NCBI GenBank assembly: GCA_902785935.1
Contig: CADAAN010000001.1
Location: 88,900 to 152,899 of the forward strand
DNA from: an uncultured Pseudomonadota bacterium
Lineage (GTDB): Bacteria; Pseudomonadota; Alphaproteobacteria; RF32; CAG-239
Length of the DNA: 64,000 nt
Direction of reading: 5' to 3'
Under the pieces are notes generated by a model. It saw only the letters and a program-made list of their open reading frames with translations. It was not told where the DNA came from and did not search any database. Below are positions 20,266 through 29,702 of this stretch, in pieces. Made by a program: the position numbers and the translations under genes. Within the stretch, counting starts at the first letter, position 1; each line of letters starts with the position of its first letter.

Positions 20266-20592
20266 TCAAAATTCTGATGTTAGTAGTATACTTAGCACAC
20301 GATTGGTAAGCGTTATATCAGCAGGATTTGGCGATGCATATTCGTATTCTTTATCATAATAGTCTATTTTCCACATTATTTGCTTGCCGTTATAGTCAAA
20401 TTTTCCCATATCATGCTCAAAATAGGGATCGTTTGCTGTTGTGAAGTCATCATAAGTAGAAACTAAAAGCATAATAGCAGCTACATCCATCTTTGGTAAT
20501 GCTCTTATTCCTCTACTTAATACAACTTTTCCACCTGTAAAGTTTTTGCGGAAATCATCATTCAAATACCTGATAAGTTTTGTACTTCCCAT
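20266..20592 (-). CDS. hypothetical protein
   Basis: 108-aa ORF in the phage/plasmid-like module, RBS-like aggataaacaATG. Confidence 0.4.
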   Translation of the reverse strand: MGSTKLIRYLNDDFRKNFTGGKVVLSRGIRALPKMDVAAIMLLVSTYDDFTTANDPYFEHDMGKFDYNGKQIMWKIDYYDKEYEYASPNPADITLTNRVLSILLTSEF

Positions 20593-20606
20593 TGTTTATC
20601 CTAATT

Positions 20607-20738
20607 TTAATATAACGGAACTATTTCTGTAAAAACAGCTGCCGATTTCTTTTTTTCTTCATAACAAAAATCCATTGCTTGCCTTAAAGAATAAAACAGA
20701 AAAGGCATTCTGACGTTATTTATGATTACTTGGTACAT
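20607..20738 (-). CDS. possible small protein (43 aa) with strong SD
   Basis: ggaggataacaatATG on the minus strand (too short for the ORF track); MYQVIINNVRMPFLFYSLRQAMDFCYEEKKKSAAVFTEIVPLY. Confidence 0.3.
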   Translation of the reverse strand: MYQVIINNVRMPFLFYSLRQAMDFCYEEKKKSAAVFTEIVPLY

Positions 20739-20836
20739 ATTGTTATCCTCCTATCTATATTGGTTTTTAGATAACAGTATAGCATCGTTTCTTTATATAA
20801 GAACAGTAAAAAAAGTATGATTAATTTTTGTATGAA

Positions 20837-21220
20837 TTAAATTGATACAGGTTGATGCGAAAATATTAGTGCAACAACGTCTTTTCGTTTGTTTTGATCA
20901 ACTACTTTACCATTGATAAACCAAATCTTCGGGACATTACCAAGTATAAATTGGAAAAGCCGTGAACTTGTTGAAACCGAAAGAATTATAACAGAGTCAC
21001 GTCCACGCACAAATTCCCAAAATGCTTGTTCAACTGCCTGCGCCTTTTCTTTTTTGTTTTTGTTAAGTAGGTTTATGATATTGATATGGGCTGCAGAAGT
21101 ACCAAACTTAGAAGAATTTGAAAATGAGTGAAATATTTTTTGTTGTACTTCTGCAAGATTCATAGTCTTTACCAATGAAATGTTCCCATATCTTATTAAT
21201 AGAACTCGGTTTTTTAACAA
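20837..21220 (-). CDS. hypothetical protein
   Basis: 127-aa ORF, module context. Confidence 0.4.
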   Translation of the reverse strand: MLKNRVLLIRYGNISLVKTMNLAEVQQKIFHSFSNSSKFGTSAAHINIINLLNKNKKEKAQAVEQAFWEFVRGRDSVIILSVSTSSRLFQFILGNVPKIWFINGKVVDQNKRKDVVALIFSHQPVSI

Positions 21221-21408
21221 AAATTACTTGTCGACAACTTAAAAGTAATTTGCCCACAGATGATAAATCAGAAAACCGTCATAGAGTCGTTTTTAGACTC
21301 GCTGAGGTGGTGCTTCTGTTTTTTGTGGTAAACTTATGCTTGAAACCACGAATCACACCACAGAGTCCTTAAAACCAAAATAAATGGTATCAAAATTTAA
21401 AATTGGAT

Positions 21409-21762
21409 TTACTTTTTTGATTTACATAAACCTTCAATCTGTTTTTCCAGAATGTGCAGCGTGTTTTCATCTAATTTCCTTAATAACACTATGATACGGT
21501 TTATGGTGTTTTCGTTCGATTTTTTGTAATCAGAACTGTTAACATCATCAACATCAAGAATGGTAAGTAGGCTAACATCTAAGCTTTGAGCTATTTTTTT
21601 GAGTGTACTGATTTTCGGATCGCCTAAACCACGCTCTAAATTGGAAATTGTATTTACCACCCTTTCACATCTTGCGGCTAATTCCTCTTGGCTGACACCT
21701 TTTGTCTTTCTCAAAAAGGCTATTTTTCTTCCGATGTTATATATAAAATCGTCTTTATGCAT
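21409..21762 (-). CDS. XRE/Cro-C1-type helix-turn-helix transcriptional regulator
   Basis: HTH signature KGVSQEELAARCERVVNTISNLERG; divergent from the giant surface-protein gene. Confidence 0.7.
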   Translation of the reverse strand: MHKDDFIYNIGRKIAFLRKTKGVSQEELAARCERVVNTISNLERGLGDPKISTLKKIAQSLDVSLLTILDVDDVNSSDYKKSNENTINRIIVLLRKLDENTLHILEKQIEGLCKSKK

Positions 21763-21949
21763 TGGTTATACTCCACAAATGATGTTACTACCATTGCAGT
21801 TTATGTTCCACGCAACAAATTGGTATTTTTTAGTATTGACAATCCAAAAATACAAATATATTGTGATATATATAGTAATCTATTGTGAGATTTTAATCGT
21901 AGATTAGTATATAGCCATTATTACTGAACGCCACAGAGAGATACGTACT

Positions 21950-24900
21950 ATGAACTTGAATATAAAATTAATGCTTTTTATAGCAATTTTTTCTACTTTT
22001 TCCTATGAAACTCAGGCACGATATTTATCTACAGGTGATATTTATGAATATGCCAGAACTCGTAATTACTGGGCATTATCGAAAATTGCACGATATGTTG
22101 ATATGCAAGATGGTAGTGGTAACACAGCCTTGTGTTTAGCTGTTGCTAACAAAGATGAAAAAGCTTATAATGTTTTAATCCAGTATGGTGCAAATCCTCA
22201 ACCTTATTGTTTACAGTCGGCAATTGTGGCAAGTGGCAGCAGTGGAACATTTTTAGGTATGGGAACGACTGGGTGGCTAACCACAGGAGCAATAGTTGCC
22301 GCTGGCGCAGGAGTTGCAGCTGCTGCTGGTGGAGGCGGTGGCGGAGGTGGTTCGTCAGATTCATCATCTTCAAACAATCCCTCTCCATCAATTACTTGTG
22401 TAAATGGTTCAATAAGTAGTGGTCAATGCCAATGTGATGAAGGTTGGATTGGTGACACTTGTGACACAGTGCAAACCTGTTCTTATAATACAACATCATG
22501 TTCAAGTGGTTATGAAGAAACTGGTAATACATGCAAATCAGGCAGCATAACGTATAAAGAATGTAAAGCCAAAACAGTTCCGAGTGGATACACAATAACA
22601 CCATGTGGTGATGGTTATATGCAAATTGGTACATTTTTATCAGGAACACAGACTTATTACAAATGCCAAGCAAATACTTGCGCGGGATATCAATCCAGTT
22701 GCGGTGATGGTTATCATGCAACAACAGATACTTGTTTATCTGGTACAACAACTATGTATAAATGTGAAGCAAATGTGTGTGAAGGGTATGTGGATGGTTG
22801 TAGTTCGGGTTATCACGCAACAACAGACACTTGTTTGTCTGGTGCTAAAACTATGGTGAAGTGTGAAATCAATGATTGTTCTGAATACCAAACAAGTTGC
22901 GGTGAAGGATATAATGCAACACAAAGTTGTTTAAGTGGGAATACGCCATATTATACTTGTACACCAAAAGAAGTACCTACTGGGTATACCTCAACACCTT
23001 GCAGTGAAGGATATATTACAAAAGATACCATTATATCTGGTACAACACCTTATTATAAATGCGAAGTAAATGCTTGTACTGGATATGTGACAAGTTGTAA
23101 TCAAGGTTATCACACAACAGCGGATACTTGTAAATCAGGTTCAAAGACTATGTACAAATGTGAAGCTGATAGTTGTACTGGTTATAACTATACAGTTTGT
23201 CCAACGGGGTATGCGCAAAGTGATAGCTGCTTATCGGGTCTTACAATGAAGTATAAATGTGAGAATTGTGCAAACGGTTACGGAAGAGATGAAAAAGGTA
23301 ATTGTGTAACAAAAGAGGCAGATAAAGTCATAGCTACAGGAACCGCAAATAATATAGATCGTACTTATACTGATACCTTAACCATAAAAGGGTACAAAGA
23401 TTTATATGTTTTCAAAGGAAATTACACTTACGCTGCTAATGCTGAAACATCTGGGACATCTTCTTATCAAACAATAATTATGGACGTAATAAAAAAAGGA
23501 GATGGCGATTTCTATGGTGTGTTTAATAGTCAAGGTTCTAGCTATAATTCCAAAAACGCTGATGGAACTATCAAATTAGAAAAAACTGGTGACGGAGATG
23601 TGTATGCCCTTTGGGGAGAAGACGGTGTATCTAATTCGTCAGCATCAGGATCATATGGTGAGACAGCCACAGGTAATATTGAAATTTTGAATAACGGAAA
23701 TGGTAATATATATGGTGGTTATTCCAAAGAAGGTTCTACTATCAATGCATATTCAGGCAAATCATCAGGTATTGCTAATGGAGCAAGTACTGGTATCATA
23801 AAGATGTTAAATAATGGAGACGGAAATGTATACGGTTTACTATCCGATACAAAAACAGGAACTAACGCCAGTTCCGTTAATACTGTAGGCAAAAATTATA
23901 GCACTACATCCTCTGCAGAAGGACGTATAATTATCAATAATACAGGAGATGGTGACGTGTATGGAATTAAAAGCGGTTCGGATGTATATAATACCTCTAG
24001 CCTAATAAGAGGTGGTGCATCTGGTAGTGATATTAGATACGGAAATACAAATGTAGATGGATATATACGAATAAAGAACAGCGGAGGAGGAAATTCGTAT
24101 GGACTGTATGGTACAAACACGTATAGCTCATCATTTGAAAGTGATGCAGAATATACAACTGTTGTTGCCTTACAAACTTCTAATAGTGTAATAGATATTT
24201 TGAATTTAGGTAAAGGCAATGCATATGGTATGTATGCGGTAGGAACAAGCTCTGCCGTTGCCAAGGCCGAGAACCGTACTTATTCTGGCAGTTTTTCTCT
24301 TTATCCAGACCAAACGTATTCAGCAACATCCAATATTAAAATATTAAATAATGATGATGGATTTGTTGTAGGAATTTATAGCAAAGGAAAAGTTACAAAT
24401 GATGGCAATATTACTATTCATAATCTTGGAGAGGGAACAGCTATAGGAATTTATGCTGGTAATGCCATTCAAAATTCAACAGTAACAAATTCTGGAAGTA
24501 TCAATATTACACGTGTTAATTACATAGATGACAACGCTACACAAGATGATACATCAGATGATGAGAATTATACAGCTACATCTATGGCTGGTGGTACAAG
24601 TATCGGTATCTATGGGGCTTCAGGTTCAACAATTAAAAATACGGGGACGATTACAATTAGCGGAGCTTCCATAGCCTATGGTATTTATGCTGAATCGGGA
24701 GCAACAGTCAAAAATACTGGCACAATAACGATTGATGGTAATACAAATCATGTAAATAAAATCAAGCTTAACGGTTCACCGCTTTTTCAAGACGGTAAAC
24801 TGATTGTTACAAACAACACTCAAAGCAGTCTGATGTCTGTATCAAGTGTTAAACCAGCTTCACTAAATCTAAACGATTTTGGAGGAACTGTAGTAGCGTC

Positions 24901-26125
24901 TGATACTTCACAGTTTACTGTGGAAGGTGCGATATCTGGTGATTTGGCCATTAATAACAATGTGATTGAAAATGGTTTTGATACGACATATTCTGTAAAA
25001 GATATGATTCAGGCTTCTGATGCCAGTGGCTTAAATTTGCAATCACAATCGGCTTTATTTGATGCCTCGTTACAAAACAATACCGATGCCGTGATGACGA
25101 TGAAAGCGTTTAACGATGTGGTTGAAAACAGCTCGGTTGCCGACTTCTTACAAAAAAACTATGCAGCAAACAATAACGAAGATTTGTTCAAAGTTCTGAA
25201 ATCTGCCGAAACTGTGGCTCAACTCAACAGCAATATTGATGATTTGTTCGGCAAAGATATGCTTTCACGTATGGCGTTTGAAGATTTATCGATGCTCCGT
25301 GAAGTCAGTTTGGATATGAATAATCACCTATTCGAAAAAGAAGGTTCGTTTGCTTTCGGAGAAAATATATCGCCTTCAAGCTACGACAATAACATCGGAT
25401 CTGTAGGACGTTATTCATTGAATGGATATAATAATGGAAAAATGAGCTTTGGGCTTGGCGTATCAATCACCGATGTTAGCACTGATGACGGGCATAGTGA
25501 CAACCGACGCTTTGACCGTAGTTTTATGATGAGTGCTCCAATCGGCTATAAAACACACGGATTTGAGTTGATCACGGCTCCGAAAATGGGTTATACCGAT
25601 GGAACTTATGATCGTGAAGGCTTTAATAACAAGACTTATGAGGGCAAAATCCAAAAACGTATGTTCGCTTTGATGAATGAAGCACGTTACCCAATTAAAT
25701 TCGGTGGTTTAAGATTTACGCCAACGGCTGAATTTAATATGATTGGTTATAATATCAAAGGTCATGAGGACGAACAACAATATGCATTGCGGATTAAGTC
25801 ACAAAACCATTATTCGGTTGAAACAGGTCTTGGTTTGATGGCTGAAAAAGAGTTTAAGCCGTTCAAAAATCACAAGTTTAGCGTAAATGGCGGTGTTACG
25901 GTTTATCATGAATTTGCTAATCCGTATGAGCTTGATGTAGCTATGAGTGGTATGTCTGGTACGTATCGCTTACATGATGAAAAACGCAGCGACAATCGTG
26001 CCGTTGTTCGCTTAGGTTTTGATTATAAACTGAAAGATGATCTTGATGTTACGGCGCATTTGCTAACTAATATTGACCGTGAATATCGTACAGACGCTGG
26101 CATCGACTTGAAATATCACTTTTAG
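21950..26125 (+). CDS. giant surface protein: signal peptide, ankyrin repeats, Gly/Ala-rich hydrophobic segment, Cys-rich EGF-like tandem repeats, G(D/N)G(D/N)VYG passenger repeats, C-terminal autotransporter-type beta-barrel
   Basis: 1391 aa. N-terminus MNLNIKLMLFIAIFSTFSYETQA. Ankyrin-like SGNTALCLAVANKDEKAYNVLIQYGANP. Hydrophobic/G8 segment GAIVAAGAGVAAAAGGGGGGGGSS. 38-aa Cys repeats (C..GY....DTCLSG..TMYKCE). C-terminal ~280 aa with alternating beta-strand pattern ending ...DLKYHF (terminal aromatic). Confidence 0.8.
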   Translation: MNLNIKLMLFIAIFSTFSYETQARYLSTGDIYEYARTRNYWALSKIARYVDMQDGSGNTALCLAVANKDEKAYNVLIQYGANPQPYCLQSAIVASGSSGTFLGMGTTGWLTTGAIVAAGAGVAAAAGGGGGGGGSSDSSSSNNPSPSITCVNGSISSGQCQCDEGWIGDTCDTVQTCSYNTTSCSSGYEETGNTCKSGSITYKECKAKTVPSGYTITPCGDGYMQIGTFLSGTQTYYKCQANTCAGYQSSCGDGYHATTDTCLSGTTTMYKCEANVCEGYVDGCSSGYHATTDTCLSGAKTMVKCEINDCSEYQTSCGEGYNATQSCLSGNTPYYTCTPKEVPTGYTSTPCSEGYITKDTIISGTTPYYKCEVNACTGYVTSCNQGYHTTADTCKSGSKTMYKCEADSCTGYNYTVCPTGYAQSDSCLSGLTMKYKCENCANGYGRDEKGNCVTKEADKVIATGTANNIDRTYTDTLTIKGYKDLYVFKGNYTYAANAETSGTSSYQTIIMDVIKKGDGDFYGVFNSQGSSYNSKNADGTIKLEKTGDGDVYALWGEDGVSNSSASGSYGETATGNIEILNNGNGNIYGGYSKEGSTINAYSGKSSGIANGASTGIIKMLNNGDGNVYGLLSDTKTGTNASSVNTVGKNYSTTSSAEGRIIINNTGDGDVYGIKSGSDVYNTSSLIRGGASGSDIRYGNTNVDGYIRIKNSGGGNSYGLYGTNTYSSSFESDAEYTTVVALQTSNSVIDILNLGKGNAYGMYAVGTSSAVAKAENRTYSGSFSLYPDQTYSATSNIKILNNDDGFVVGIYSKGKVTNDGNITIHNLGEGTAIGIYAGNAIQNSTVTNSGSINITRVNYIDDNATQDDTSDDENYTATSMAGGTSIGIYGASGSTIKNTGTITISGASIAYGIYAESGATVKNTGTITIDGNTNHVNKIKLNGSPLFQDGKLIVTNNTQSSLMSVSSVKPASLNLNDFGGTVVASDTSQFTVEGAISGDLAINNNVIENGFDTTYSVKDMIQASDASGLNLQSQSALFDASLQNNTDAVMTMKAFNDVVENSSVADFLQKNYAANNNEDLFKVLKSAETVAQLNSNIDDLFGKDMLSRMAFEDLSMLREVSLDMNNHLFEKEGSFAFGENISPSSYDNNIGSVGRYSLNGYNNGKMSFGLGVSITDVSTDDGHSDNRRFDRSFMMSAPIGYKTHGFELITAPKMGYTDGTYDREGFNNKTYEGKIQKRMFALMNEARYPIKFGGLRFTPTAEFNMIGYNIKGHEDEQQYALRIKSQNHYSVETGLGLMAEKEFKPFKNHKFSVNGGVTVYHEFANPYELDVAMSGMSGTYRLHDEKRSDNRAVVRLGFDYKLKDDLDVTAHLLTNIDREYRTDAGIDLKYHF
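22670..23300 (+). repeat. intragenic tandem repeats (~114 bp / 38 aa Cys-rich units) inside the giant protein gene
   Basis: Near-identical nucleotide units, e.g. ggttatca(t/c)gcaacaacaga(t/c)acttgttt(a/g)tctggt... repeated. Confidence 0.7.
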
Positions 26126-26145
26126 CAATAACAACCGAAACGAAT

Positions 26146-26176
26146 CGACCGCTGCATTTATTTGTGGCGGTTTTTT
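26146..26176 (+). terminator. intrinsic terminator after giant protein gene
   Basis: ccgctgc-atttatttg-tggcgg hairpin followed by T6. Confidence 0.6.
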
Positions 26177-26344
26177 GTAATAGGTAGAAGTAAATGAGTA
26201 TATTTTATCGGTAATCTTAGGCGTACTTCAGTATTACCAAAAAAAATGCTCCAAAATGGTAATATTAAGGTTATTTTTTACTTGACAACTAAAAAGTAAA
26301 TGATATACTAAGACTATAATATTACTTTTTGAAAGGTTAGAACG

Positions 26345-26917
26345 ATGAAATTTTTATATGCTCGTGTTTCAAGTTCAGACGGTTCGCAAAAACTCGATCG
26401 TCAACTTGTGGAATCTGGTAAATATGATGAAATTTTTGAAGATTACGCTTCAGGTGGTTCAACAAATCGTCCTAAACTGCAAGAAATGTTGAAATGGATT
26501 AGAAAAGGTGATGTGGTGGAAGTTCATAGCATTGACCGCTTAGCAAGAAACATCAATGACCTACTGCAAATCGTTAAAACCATTACAGAAGAACGTCACG
26601 CTGAAATCTACTTTATCAAAGAAAATCTACGTTTTACTGATGATACCGATAATCCATTTAACAAACTAACCCTTCAAATCATAGGTAGTATAGCCGAATT
26701 TGAAAGAAATATGATTAAAATGCGTCAGAAGGAAGGTATTGCTATTGCCAAAGCAAAAGGTGTTTATTCTAAGGAACGGAGCAAAAAATTATCGCTATCC
26801 AAACAAGCCGAATTGAAAAAAGACATTCAAGATAAAGTCCGTGTATGTGAAATCCTCAAGAAATACGGAATAACGAAACCCACATATTATCGCTATAAAG
26901 CACAATGGGAAGAATAA
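26345..26917 (+). CDS. small serine recombinase (resolvase/invertase family) with C-terminal HTH
   Basis: 190 aa; N-terminal YARVSSSDGSQKLDRQ catalytic-serine motif; TTGACA-17-TATACT-like promoter upstream. Confidence 0.85.
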   Translation: MKFLYARVSSSDGSQKLDRQLVESGKYDEIFEDYASGGSTNRPKLQEMLKWIRKGDVVEVHSIDRLARNINDLLQIVKTITEERHAEIYFIKENLRFTDDTDNPFNKLTLQIIGSIAEFERNMIKMRQKEGIAIAKAKGVYSKERSKKLSLSKQAELKKDIQDKVRVCEILKKYGITKPTYYRYKAQWEE

Positions 26918-26946
26918 TAGTAAATGGTTGTAATTTTCCGAAGTTC

Positions 26947-27288
26947 TCAGCCAAAATCTTTCTTTAGGAGTTGTATATATTCTTCTATATGTGCAAGTAG
27001 CTGATCATCTAACTGGTAAATCGTTTGTATGACCTGATTTTCCTTCCTGATACGTGTGACTGATTTGTTTTTTGTTATCCGTGCGTCTAGTAATTCATCA
27101 ATACTTATATCAAAGTAATTAGCTAAAGCACAAACCAACTCTAACTTTGGTATTACTTTTCCTGTTTCCAAATTTGATATTGTTCTCCAACTGACACCTA
27201 CTGCTTCAGCTAATTGTTCTTGAGTTAGCTTTTTTGTTTTGCGTAATGCTTGAACTTTTGAACCAATTTGAACAGGATCAACAGTCAT
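26947..27288 (-). CDS. XRE-family HTH transcriptional regulator
   Basis: HTH LTQEQLAEAVGVSWRTISNLETGK; immediately downstream of the nuclease gene on the same strand. Confidence 0.7.
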   Translation of the reverse strand: MTVDPVQIGSKVQALRKTKKLTQEQLAEAVGVSWRTISNLETGKVIPKLELVCALANYFDISIDELLDARITKNKSVTRIRKENQVIQTIYQLDDQLLAHIEEYIQLLKKDFG

Positions 27289-27289
27289 T

Positions 27290-27757
27290 TTACTTTTTCT
27301 CTTTGGATTTTTTCAATACACTTGATGGTATGTACTTATTACAACCACCTTGATCAAGCATATATTGGTTAACATCAATCACACCAGCGGATTTTATGTC
27401 ATCCAGATACACTTTTCCTAAAATACGACCAAAAGAATCACGTTTTTCCCACTCAACCCGTATATACCGATGATCTTTAAGTAGATTTTTTAGCTGTTTC
27501 CGTGATTGCTTACCGTGTTTAATGACTTCATCAACCGACAAACCATAGTATTTTTGCTGAAATCTGGTGTTGCTATTCTTTCCTGTTTCATAGCAATCAA
27601 CATCCAGCAAGCGAATTTTAGTCGTTTCATTATTAACCAGAGCCGTCAATGTATCGCCATCGTTAATCTTGATGATAGTTGCAACAAATTCGTGTGCTGA
27701 TACCGATTGCACCAACAAAATCGTGAATAAAACCAGATAAAAAACCGTTTTTTTCAT
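27290..27757 (-). CDS. secreted thermonuclease (SNase/micrococcal-nuclease-like)
   Basis: Start placed at MKKTVFYLVLFTILLVQSVSA (signal peptide); SNase-type motifs (IKINDGDTLT...IRLLDVDCYE). Confidence 0.7.
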   Translation of the reverse strand: MKKTVFYLVLFTILLVQSVSAHEFVATIIKINDGDTLTALVNNETTKIRLLDVDCYETGKNSNTRFQQKYYGLSVDEVIKHGKQSRKQLKNLLKDHRYIRVEWEKRDSFGRILGKVYLDDIKSAGVIDVNQYMLDQGGCNKYIPSSVLKKSKEKK

Positions 27758-28370
27758 CAACTCTTCCATAAAAGAAGACCACCTTTTGATTAAGGCGGTC
27801 GGAGAGTTCAAAATCAAGTCTACGAGTTGATCCTTCCAACCTTTAGAGCAAAACTCCTATTGTATACGTTGGAAGCTCCCCGACCATCATCGGGGATATA
27901 TACATCATCAGCCTTTATACAAGCTGACAATGTTGTCGGCGTATATCCACACCGCGTAGACAGAGGTTTTGAAGCCCTCCGCACCTTTTCGGGCACTGAG
28001 CACAGAATAAACCTGTGCCTAACCAGACAATATAGCAAGAATCTTAAAAATCAATAAAAAAGGAGAAAGAAGTTAAAAAGCCTTCTAATTCCGTACATTT
28101 TACTCAGCTAAAATTTCCGTTTATGTCAGATAAATGGAAATTTATTTTCGAAAGTGTCGTCAAGAAAAGAATTCTAAAAATGTAACTAGCGACATTGGGT
28201 TTTCGTCCGCTAGGAGACCTTAGCTTAAGTTACAAAAATGAAAAACTTAGAAGAAGACATAAAAAAACTAATCGGTGCGACAGATGAAACGTTAGATCAA
28301 ACCGAAACATTATTTAAATTTACAAAAGCAATGGAATGTTTGAACAATTGTATAAAGGAGGGAAAAAACA

Positions 28371-29702
28371 ATGAAAGCAGTGACGTTTGCAAGAGTTTCG
28401 TCAAAATATCAGGAACAGAATTACAGTCTGGAAGGGCAAAATACACACCTTTTCAATTATGCCAAAGCAAATAAACTCGACGTTATAAAATCTTATGAGA
28501 TTTCTGAAAGTGCGACAAGAGGTGATCGCACAAAATTTAAGGAAATGATAGATTTTTGTTGTTCGCAAAAGGAATGTGTTTCAATCATAGTAGACGATGT
28601 TGACCGCCTTTTGAGAACGTTTTCGGATGCGCCAGAGATTGAAAAACTTGTACAAGAAGGACAAATAGAGATACATTTCTATAATACGTCTCTTATTTTG
28701 ACGAAAAATTCAACACCTGATGATTATTTAAAATTTCACGAATTAGTTTTAGATTCGGAAAAATATATAGCAAAGTTTAAGAAAAATACAGCTCGTGGTC
28801 GAAATGAAAAAGTTATGGAAAAATGTATGGCCGCTTGGAAAGCACCTTGTGGTTATGAGAATTTTGAGCAAGATGATAAAAAAAAATCGATTCGAAAAAA
28901 AGAACCAGATGCCACAAATCTAAAGAAACTTTTTGAACTTTATTCCTTAGGCGGAACATCAATTCGTAAATTAGTTGCTTTAGCTGATGAGTACGGAATC
29001 AAAACAAAAAATGGAAATAAAATTGGTGTATCCACTATGATTGGGATTTTAAAAAACCCGTTTTATTACGGAGAAATGTGTTATAATGGTAAATTATATC
29101 GACACAATCACGGTGCTATAATATCAAGAGAGTTATGGGAAGCTTGTCAAAAACAGCATAAGCTTCAATCATCAAAGTCATTCAAGCAAGGTCGAATTCC
29201 TTATCTGTATCGGAATGTTTTTAAGGATTGGTACAAAAACCTTACTTGCTCTTGTGAAACAAAGAAAAACAAGTATATCTATATAAGTTACTATAGAGAT
29301 TCTAAGTATAGGTCTTATGTGAATGAAAATGATATTAATGACCAAATTGTTAGCATTCTAAACCAAATTTCAATACCAAAAAATTTTATAGATGATTATA
29401 ATCTTTATATACAATCAACACAACAAGATGAAATTGCATTTAAAGCTGCTGAAAATGGGCATATCAAGGCTGAAATAACAAAATATGATAATAGATTAAG
29501 CAGATTACTTGATAGATTTCTTGATAATGAAATGCCAGAAGAAGAATATGAAAAGAAAAAGCAGGAATATGAAGAAGAAAAATCAAAACTCGAAAAGAAA
29601 ATCCAAAATCAAGGTACAATTGAACCTGATTCAAAACAAATTTCAACAGAATCAATTCATTTATTCTCTCGTTTAGGTGATTCCAAATGGGACTGGATAT
29701 AA
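28371..29702 (+). CDS. large serine recombinase (paralog A), probably frameshifted at its 3' end
   Basis: N-terminal catalytic domain (FARVSSKYQEQNYSLEGQ), recombinase domain and zinc-ribbon (APCGYENF...CSC), strong SD aaggaggg. The ORF stops at 29702 but homology to paralog B continues in another frame to ~29827 (NKQMLLRLIFKELKIRDG vs NKQLLLHFIFEKLELKEG). Confidence 0.8.
   Translation: MKAVTFARVSSKYQEQNYSLEGQNTHLFNYAKANKLDVIKSYEISESATRGDRTKFKEMIDFCCSQKECVSIIVDDVDRLLRTFSDAPEIEKLVQEGQIEIHFYNTSLILTKNSTPDDYLKFHELVLDSEKYIAKFKKNTARGRNEKVMEKCMAAWKAPCGYENFEQDDKKKSIRKKEPDATNLKKLFELYSLGGTSIRKLVALADEYGIKTKNGNKIGVSTMIGILKNPFYYGEMCYNGKLYRHNHGAIISRELWEACQKQHKLQSSKSFKQGRIPYLYRNVFKDWYKNLTCSCETKKNKYIYISYYRDSKYRSYVNENDINDQIVSILNQISIPKNFIDDYNLYIQSTQQDEIAFKAAENGHIKAEITKYDNRLSRLLDRFLDNEMPEEEYEKKKQEYEEEKSKLEKKIQNQGTIEPDSKQISTESIHLFSRLGDSKWDWI

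Larger units (their letters stand above)
18251..21762. mobile_element. phage/plasmid-like module (putative Rep, Dam methyltransferase, XRE regulator, small strong-SD genes) downstream of tRNA-Arg
   Basis: Gene content and visibly more AT-rich composition than flanking core genes. No integrase identified for this module. Confidence 0.35.

Noticed and set aside
22146-24264. Several 60-120-aa ORFs on both strands inside the giant protein gene (e.g. 22146-22391, 22392-22751, 23896-24264)
   Set aside because: Artefacts of the repetitive, compositionally biased coding sequence of the 1391-aa gene. The same applies to ORFs inside 52847-56401 and antisense to asmA (8258-8968, 9011-9295).
28238-28474. 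78-aa ORF overlapping the 5' end of the first large serine recombinase in another frame
   Set aside because: A 100-nt out-of-frame overlap with a well-supported gene that has its own strong SD, and no homology. Probably spurious, although the first ~45 codons could be a tiny upstream gene.
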